Source of the DNA: an uncultured Pseudomonadota bacterium
GTDB taxonomy: Bacteria > Pseudomonadota > Alphaproteobacteria > Rs-D84
DNA: 64,000 nt
Direction: 5' to 3'
Assembly: GCA_900321105.1 (NCBI GenBank)
Contig: OOHL01000002.1
Coordinates: 141,656 to 205,655 of the forward strand
Each line of letters begins with the position of its first letter. Position 1 is the first letter of the stretch. The notes beneath the pieces are model-generated. The model did no database searches. It saw nothing but the letters and a program-made list of their open reading frames with translations, and was not told the DNA's origin. Both the position numbers and the translations under genes were made by a program. Of this stretch, positions 59,132 to 64,000 are shown piece after piece.

Positions 59132-60406
59132 TTAAGATGCCGCAGGAACATGTTCAGGTGTTGTGTCACTGGCATTATCATAATATCCAGTAGAAGCGAC
59201 ATCAAATGTGACATTGTTTTGTGTTGCAGTACCAGAAACTGTCAAACCAGTCAAAGTATTAGATATTGATCCACTGGTCACAGTCGCATTAGCCAATGAT
59301 GAAGACACTGCCGTCCCAGAAACGTTTGATGCAGTGCTGTTTGTTGCTGTACTTGCAACCGTCACATTACTTAAATTTGTTGGTTCTGTATCACCCCAAT
59401 TTACCATAACTGGTGCTGTTCCAGACCACGCGGTTGCATATGGGACCGTCACAGAACCCTGGGTTACAGTATTTGTAATGGTTCCACCACCAATTTTCAA
59501 AGCACTGGTATTAGAAGTCAAAGTTCCTCCAACAGAACCACTTACAGTTGCGCTGACATTACCTTTTGCAGTCGCTTTATCGATAGATGCTGAAACACCT
59601 TCTTTTGTTGCTGCGTTTGATGTGGCTGATGTAATTGCCTCACGAACAGCTTGTTCGGTTGGCAATGCAGTATCAGAACCTGTCGCACCAACAGTTGTGA
59701 CAATTGTTCCAGATTTAAAGTTTGTTGTCTTCAAATTTGTAATTGAATTACCTGTGCCTTCTGCATCGATTGTTTTATTTGTAAATGTTGTTGTACTGCT
59801 GGCTGTCACCATACCATTTGTTGCACCTGCAACTTTTTCATCAACATAACCTTTGGTTGTTAAACCTGTTCCAGTATAAGTTGCTGTATTTGTTGCACCT
59901 TGAACGCCATTAGTAAGGCTTACACCATTTGCATCAACAGTAATACCACCACCGGTTTTTGCCTTGACCGCAACACCGGTGCTTGCAACACTTATACCAT
60001 TTCCAGCCTTTACAGCAATTCCAGATGATGACACATCGATACCATTGGCAGCCTTTGCCTTAAGATTAGAACCATCTTTTGTTAAACCGTCCCCGGCACC
60101 GGTAATTGCATTTGCGGCCGCGGCGGACGCTGCATCTGCAGTTTCTGCAACTTTGTTAACTGCTGAAATTGCGGCATTATATGCACCCTTGACGTATGCG
60201 GCAGATGCCGTAACGGCTTTATCAGTATCGGTTATTGTTTCACCGGCATAATATTTACCTTTTGTCGCAGTGACAACATTTGTGGCATTAGATGCCAAAC
60301 CAGATTTTGCAGCAGCCACCGCAGATGGCGCAACATCAGCAGCAGACGCCATCAATGGTGTGACGGCCAAAATTGCAACCAGTGATATTCCGAATAATTT
60401 TCTCAT
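59132..60406 (-). CDS. Secreted Ala/Thr/Gly-rich fibre-like protein
   Basis: Signal peptide; ASAAYVKGAY; repeats of GxGIxVxxxGVAV; TKGYVD. Confidence 0.7.
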   Translation of the reverse strand: MRKLFGISLVAILAVTPLMASAADVAPSAVAAAKSGLASNATNVVTATKGKYYAGETITDTDKAVTASAAYVKGAYNAAISAVNKVAETADAASAAAANAITGAGDGLTKDGSNLKAKAANGIDVSSSGIAVKAGNGISVASTGVAVKAKTGGGITVDANGVSLTNGVQGATNTATYTGTGLTTKGYVDEKVAGATNGMVTASSTTTFTNKTIDAEGTGNSITNLKTTNFKSGTIVTTVGATGSDTALPTEQAVREAITSATSNAATKEGVSASIDKATAKGNVSATVSGSVGGTLTSNTSALKIGGGTITNTVTQGSVTVPYATAWSGTAPVMVNWGDTEPTNLSNVTVASTATNSTASNVSGTAVSSSLANATVTSGSISNTLTGLTVSGTATQNNVTFDVASTGYYDNASDTTPEHVPAAS

Positions 60407-60524
60407 CTCTCTTTCCCTTTTTTTAATAAAATAAAAAATATTTCAATTAAATATTTTCTATTTCATCCGAACCGGATGATTGGGTTTCCCCAACCATCCA
60501 ATTCAAATTTATCACACCATCAAA

Positions 60525-61313
60525 TTATGATGGATTTGCAGGATTGGCTGTTGCATATGATACAGAATTATCATTGATGTCAGCTGTAATTGTAGAGATA
60601 CTAACAGCAGAAGCAATGTTACCCTTGTTAACATCTGTAACAACTGTTTTTGTTGTAGGAGCTGTCTGACCAGACCAATCCGTTGCAATTGTCAAAGTAT
60701 CTGTTGTTTTGTCAACTTCACCTGTTATTGCACCATTTGTAATTGCACCACCAGAAACCGTAATTGTTGCAGCTTTAATTGTGTTATCAACACCTGTTTT
60801 TGTTGCATAATCAGCCAAATCCGCAGCTTGCAAAGCAGTATCTGCTTTTGCACCTTGTGCTGCTGTTGCAAATTCAGCTGCATTATGTGTCACAACATCA
60901 CCATATGTTGCAACTGTCGCTGCTGTTGCATCTGCTGTTGCACCTTGTGCTGCTGTTGCATAATTTGTATCCGATTCCGTCTTTGTGTAAGCATCTGTGA
61001 TACCATAACCAGCCAATGTTGTTGCTTTATCTGCTTTTCCGCTTTCTAAATTATCAATATCACCTTCTGCCGCTGTCATACGTGTTTGTAAATCCCCAAC
61101 GCCAGAGATTGCATCCAATTGTTCCTGGGACAATTTATCTTGCTTTGTGTTGATTACTTCTCCCAATGCATTATATGCACCCTTGACATAAGATGTTGAT
61201 GCAACATCTGTTGTAGCAGCGTTAGGCGTAATCAATGTTACGTCAGTAGCACCGGCCATCAATGGTGTTGCGGTCAATACTGCGACCAAAGATATTCCAA
61301 GTATTTTTTTCAT
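60525..61313 (-). CDS. Secreted fibre-like protein
   Basis: Signal peptide paralogous to the previous gene; ASTSYVKGAY, TKQDKL, TTLAGYGITDAYTK, ATAAQG repeats. Confidence 0.7.
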   Translation of the reverse strand: MKKILGISLVAVLTATPLMAGATDVTLITPNAATTDVASTSYVKGAYNALGEVINTKQDKLSQEQLDAISGVGDLQTRMTAAEGDIDNLESGKADKATTLAGYGITDAYTKTESDTNYATAAQGATADATAATVATYGDVVTHNAAEFATAAQGAKADTALQAADLADYATKTGVDNTIKAATITVSGGAITNGAITGEVDKTTDTLTIATDWSGQTAPTTKTVVTDVNKGNIASAVSISTITADINDNSVSYATANPANPS

Positions 61314-61463
61314 TTTGTTCTCCCTTCCTTTAAGAGTTTGTTTTTGTTTGTTTTTCCCAAAACTTTTTTAAGGTAATGGGAGTTTTTTTATTTTTGTTTG
61401 ATACCTTTACCTGAATCTTATTATATCATAAAATGGGTATTGGTTCCAAACGGTTTTTTTGAA

Positions 61464-62036
61464 TTAGTTTCCACCGGTCAATATACTGGCATCCCATGTG
61501 TCTTCGACATCTAATGGGACCCATGCACCATTTTTATATACATAAGGGTTTCCATCAGTTGCAGCAGCCGCCGGCACAGATAAACCGACCTTGTGCGTTG
61601 TGTTATCAACAGCCACACCTTTTTCACCAGTGTATGTAGATGTATCTATTGCGTTAACCTGAGTCTGCAATTCAGAAATCGCAGTTGTATGACCCGCAAC
61701 AGTTTCAGATAATGTATCCAAATCAGATTGGTCTGCCTTGCCTGCGATATCGTCAGCAGTTAAATAATCAGCAGCTTTTAAATCGTTAACATCTTTAATC
61801 AAACCAGATGTTTCACCATCACCCAATGTTGTTTGGATGTTGGTAATGGCATCCGCATTTGTTGCCGCCGCACTGGCTGCATTGTCTGCCTTGGTTTCAG
61901 CCGTCTGGGCCTTTTGATACACGGCACGCAAACCAGAATCAACATAATTCTTGGTCGTCAATGTCGTATGATCGTCAGCAAATGCCGCACCAGTCGCAAC
62001 TAATATTGATGCCATGGTAAATGCTATTTTCTTCAT
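61464..62036 (-). CDS. Secreted coiled-coil fibre-like protein
   Basis: Signal peptide; TTKNYVDSG, KAD, YTGEKGV. Confidence 0.65.
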   Translation of the reverse strand: MKKIAFTMASILVATGAAFADDHTTLTTKNYVDSGLRAVYQKAQTAETKADNAASAAATNADAITNIQTTLGDGETSGLIKDVNDLKAADYLTADDIAGKADQSDLDTLSETVAGHTTAISELQTQVNAIDTSTYTGEKGVAVDNTTHKVGLSVPAAAATDGNPYVYKNGAWVPLDVEDTWDASILTGGN

Positions 62037-62062
62037 TTCGGTCTTCCTTCTTTTGTTTTTTG

Positions 62063-62821
62063 TTAATTATTCAAAACTTCTTCATCAAATGTATCAATTA
62101 TAGATACATATTTACGTGTTTGGGTCGCACTGTCGTATATTGTGTTTAATGGTTCGACTGTGATACCGTTTACAATTTGATTAACCTGATTTATAGTATA
62201 ATAATTTTCATTTAATTCTTCGGTTGAAACCTTGCCCTCCACCTGAGCAGATAACCCATCAAGATTATCAGCCAATTCATCAAGCTGTCCCGACATTTCG
62301 TCCAACATTTCCGGCATCTGGGTAATTTCGTCATCCAATTCCAAAAGATTGTCTTCTAATATCAATCCGTTACCAACCGATAAAGCATCCTGTTTAAAAT
62401 CAATGTCTGTTTCTAAATCCGATACACGATCAGATAAATTTATAAAATCATCAGATGAAACAGCCGGTTTTTGTTGTGCCGCAGGTATTTTTGCAATCAC
62501 TGGCGCCGTCGCAACACCAGGCACGCTGATATATTTTCCCATTCCAAGACGCGATGTATCCCCCGCCGCGCTTAAATTTTGTGTTGTTGTCGAATTGTTA
62601 ACGGTTACTGGGGCCGCTGATGTGGATTGAATTTTCCGAATCGTTCCCAATCTTTGCGCAGACGATGATGTATACGGCGCATTAACGACCGTTGTATTTG
62701 CCCCAATACGTGCTGTATTAGCCCCCAGTTTTTTCACCGTAGGCGCGGCATACGCATCAACCACGCCGAAAAGGCACAGCACCAAAACACTTGATAAAAA
62801 CCTTATGTTTGACATGGTCAT
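62063..62821 (-). CDS. Secreted protein with coiled-coil stalk-like C-terminus
   Basis: Signal peptide; KQDALSVGNG; start uncertain. Confidence 0.6.
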   Translation of the reverse strand: MTMSNIRFLSSVLVLCLFGVVDAYAAPTVKKLGANTARIGANTTVVNAPYTSSSAQRLGTIRKIQSTSAAPVTVNNSTTTQNLSAAGDTSRLGMGKYISVPGVATAPVIAKIPAAQQKPAVSSDDFINLSDRVSDLETDIDFKQDALSVGNGLILEDNLLELDDEITQMPEMLDEMSGQLDELADNLDGLSAQVEGKVSTEELNENYYTINQVNQIVNGITVEPLNTIYDSATQTRKYVSIIDTFDEEVLNN

Positions 62822-63103
62822 AATACAAATCCTTGCCATATATGATATCACAAAATAACCCATTTTCCAAATCGATTGTGAAAGAATTTTTATTTTTCGC
62901 AGAAAATCAAGCGTATCATACGGAATTTATTTATCCCAAGACACCATAACAACACAATAAAAAAATCTTGTGAACTTCGATTTTTAACATTTTATTAATT
63001 GTTCATCTGCGGATTGGTCATGCGCTTCGCTCTGACCTATCCCTCGCCATCCGCCGTTAAAATTAAAAAATCCACCAGTTGGTGGATTTTTAAAATTTTA
63101 ATC

Positions 63104-63193
63104 TGGCGGATGGTGAGGGATTCGAACCCCCGGACGAGTTGCCCCGTCAACGGTTTTCAAGACCGCCGCATTCGACCGCTCTGCCAACCATCC
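63104..63193 (-). tRNA. tRNA-Ser(TGA)
   Basis: Reverse complement GGATGGT...ct TGA aa..., long variable arm, ends GCCA. Confidence 0.95.
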
Positions 63194-63317
63194 TGATTAC
63201 TTAAAGCAAATGCAGTTTATATTTTGCACTGCCAAATGTCAATTTATTTTTAATCTTGATTATCGTCTTTAAGAATATGCATGTTATTTCCTTTGGTTTC
63301 CTTCAATATGATTATAA

Positions 63318-64000
63318 TCACTTTTTCCGCAAAGCGCAAATCAAAACTGTTATTCCAACAATCATCATTATCCCAGACAGCAACATTCCCTGGGTCAATC
63401 CCCATGATGTCAAAAATCCAATGTGGGCATCTGGTGCGCGGAATTGTTCACAGAATATTCTGAAACACGCATACAAAATACAAAACATGCCTGACAATGC
63501 GCCCGAATATCGCCGCAGGTTCGTTTTATAATAAAGCAACAACATTATTATGAATAAAACAACACCTTCCAGTGCAAATTCATAAAGTGGACTGGCATGG
63601 CGCGGAACTTGTGGTCCGCCAACAAAGATTACACCCAAAGGCGAATCGGTAACGCGCCCCATTATTTCCATATTTATAAAGTTAGCTATACGCCCCAAAC
63701 CCAGTCCCAATGGAACCAAAACAGCCAAAACATCCAGAATCCTGAATGAATTACGAATGACTGATTTGTCTGGGAAACTGTTGTTTTTAACAAATAAAAA
63801 TGTTGCAGCTATCACGCCCAGTAATCCACCATGAAAACTCATTCCGCCATGCCAAAGCGCGAATATTTCCAGTGGATTCGCAATAAAATATCCCAGATTA
63901 TAAAACAGTACATAGCCAAGTCTGCCACCCAATATAACGCCCAACACAAAATATGTCAGCAAATCATCCATCTGTTTTTTAGACAGACAAATTTCACTGT
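63318..64000 (-). CDS. lgt: Prolipoprotein diacylglyceryl transferase (5'-partial)
   Basis: LGGRLGYVLFY, GGMSFHGG, GRIANFIN.E, RH.S.LYE. Confidence 0.95.
   Translation of the reverse strand, partial: SEICLSKKQMDDLLTYFVLGVILGGRLGYVLFYNLGYFIANPLEIFALWHGGMSFHGGLLGVIAATFLFVKNNSFPDKSVIRNSFRILDVLAVLVPLGLGLGRIANFINMEIMGRVTDSPLGVIFVGGPQVPRHASPLYEFALEGVVLFIIMLLLYYKTNLRRYSGALSGMFCILYACFRIFCEQFRAPDAHIGFLTSWGLTQGMLLSGIMMIVGITVLICALRKK

Noticed and set aside
59208-59849. 213-aa plus-strand ORF
   Set aside because: Antisense shadow of the Thr/Ala-rich secreted protein gene.
1-64000. DGR reverse transcriptase or template repeat in the window
   Set aside because: No RT-like ORF and no second AAC-rich copy of the variable region seen, so the DGR call remains an inference.

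Overview
This is a low-GC bacterial chromosome segment from an alphaproteobacterium (lpxI, virB11, ppdK, class III RNR). The many Cys-rich secreted proteins suggest a reduced, gut-associated Rs-D84/'Enterousia'-like lineage; that placement is inference only. Housekeeping genes are priA, miaA, gap, zapA, radC, map, holA, lptE, tyrS, rpmG, parC, rpsU, mscS, clpB, rpmB, nrdDG, ppdK, msbA and lgt. There are five intact tRNAs and one 3'-damaged tRNA-Ala. Accessory regions: a tRNA-flanked region at 16.3-23.0 kb with repeated intergenic elements, an aryl-polyene-like type II FAS cluster (23.1-35.8 kb), and three clusters of secreted or surface proteins. Main findings: (1) two diverged copies of an unrecognised ~180-nt structured 5' leader RNA with compensatory base changes and a terminator/antiterminator switch, each ahead of an operon of secreted, mostly Cys-rich proteins; (2) in one of those operons, a gene whose 3' end has the hallmarks of a diversity-generating retroelement (DGR) variable region, with a downstream GC hairpin and no RT or template repeat in the window; (3) a Tyr-codon leader-peptide attenuator ahead of tyrS; (4) six intergenic scars resembling recombinase 3' ends that delimit cassette-like genes. 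Everything was read by eye; no database searches were run.
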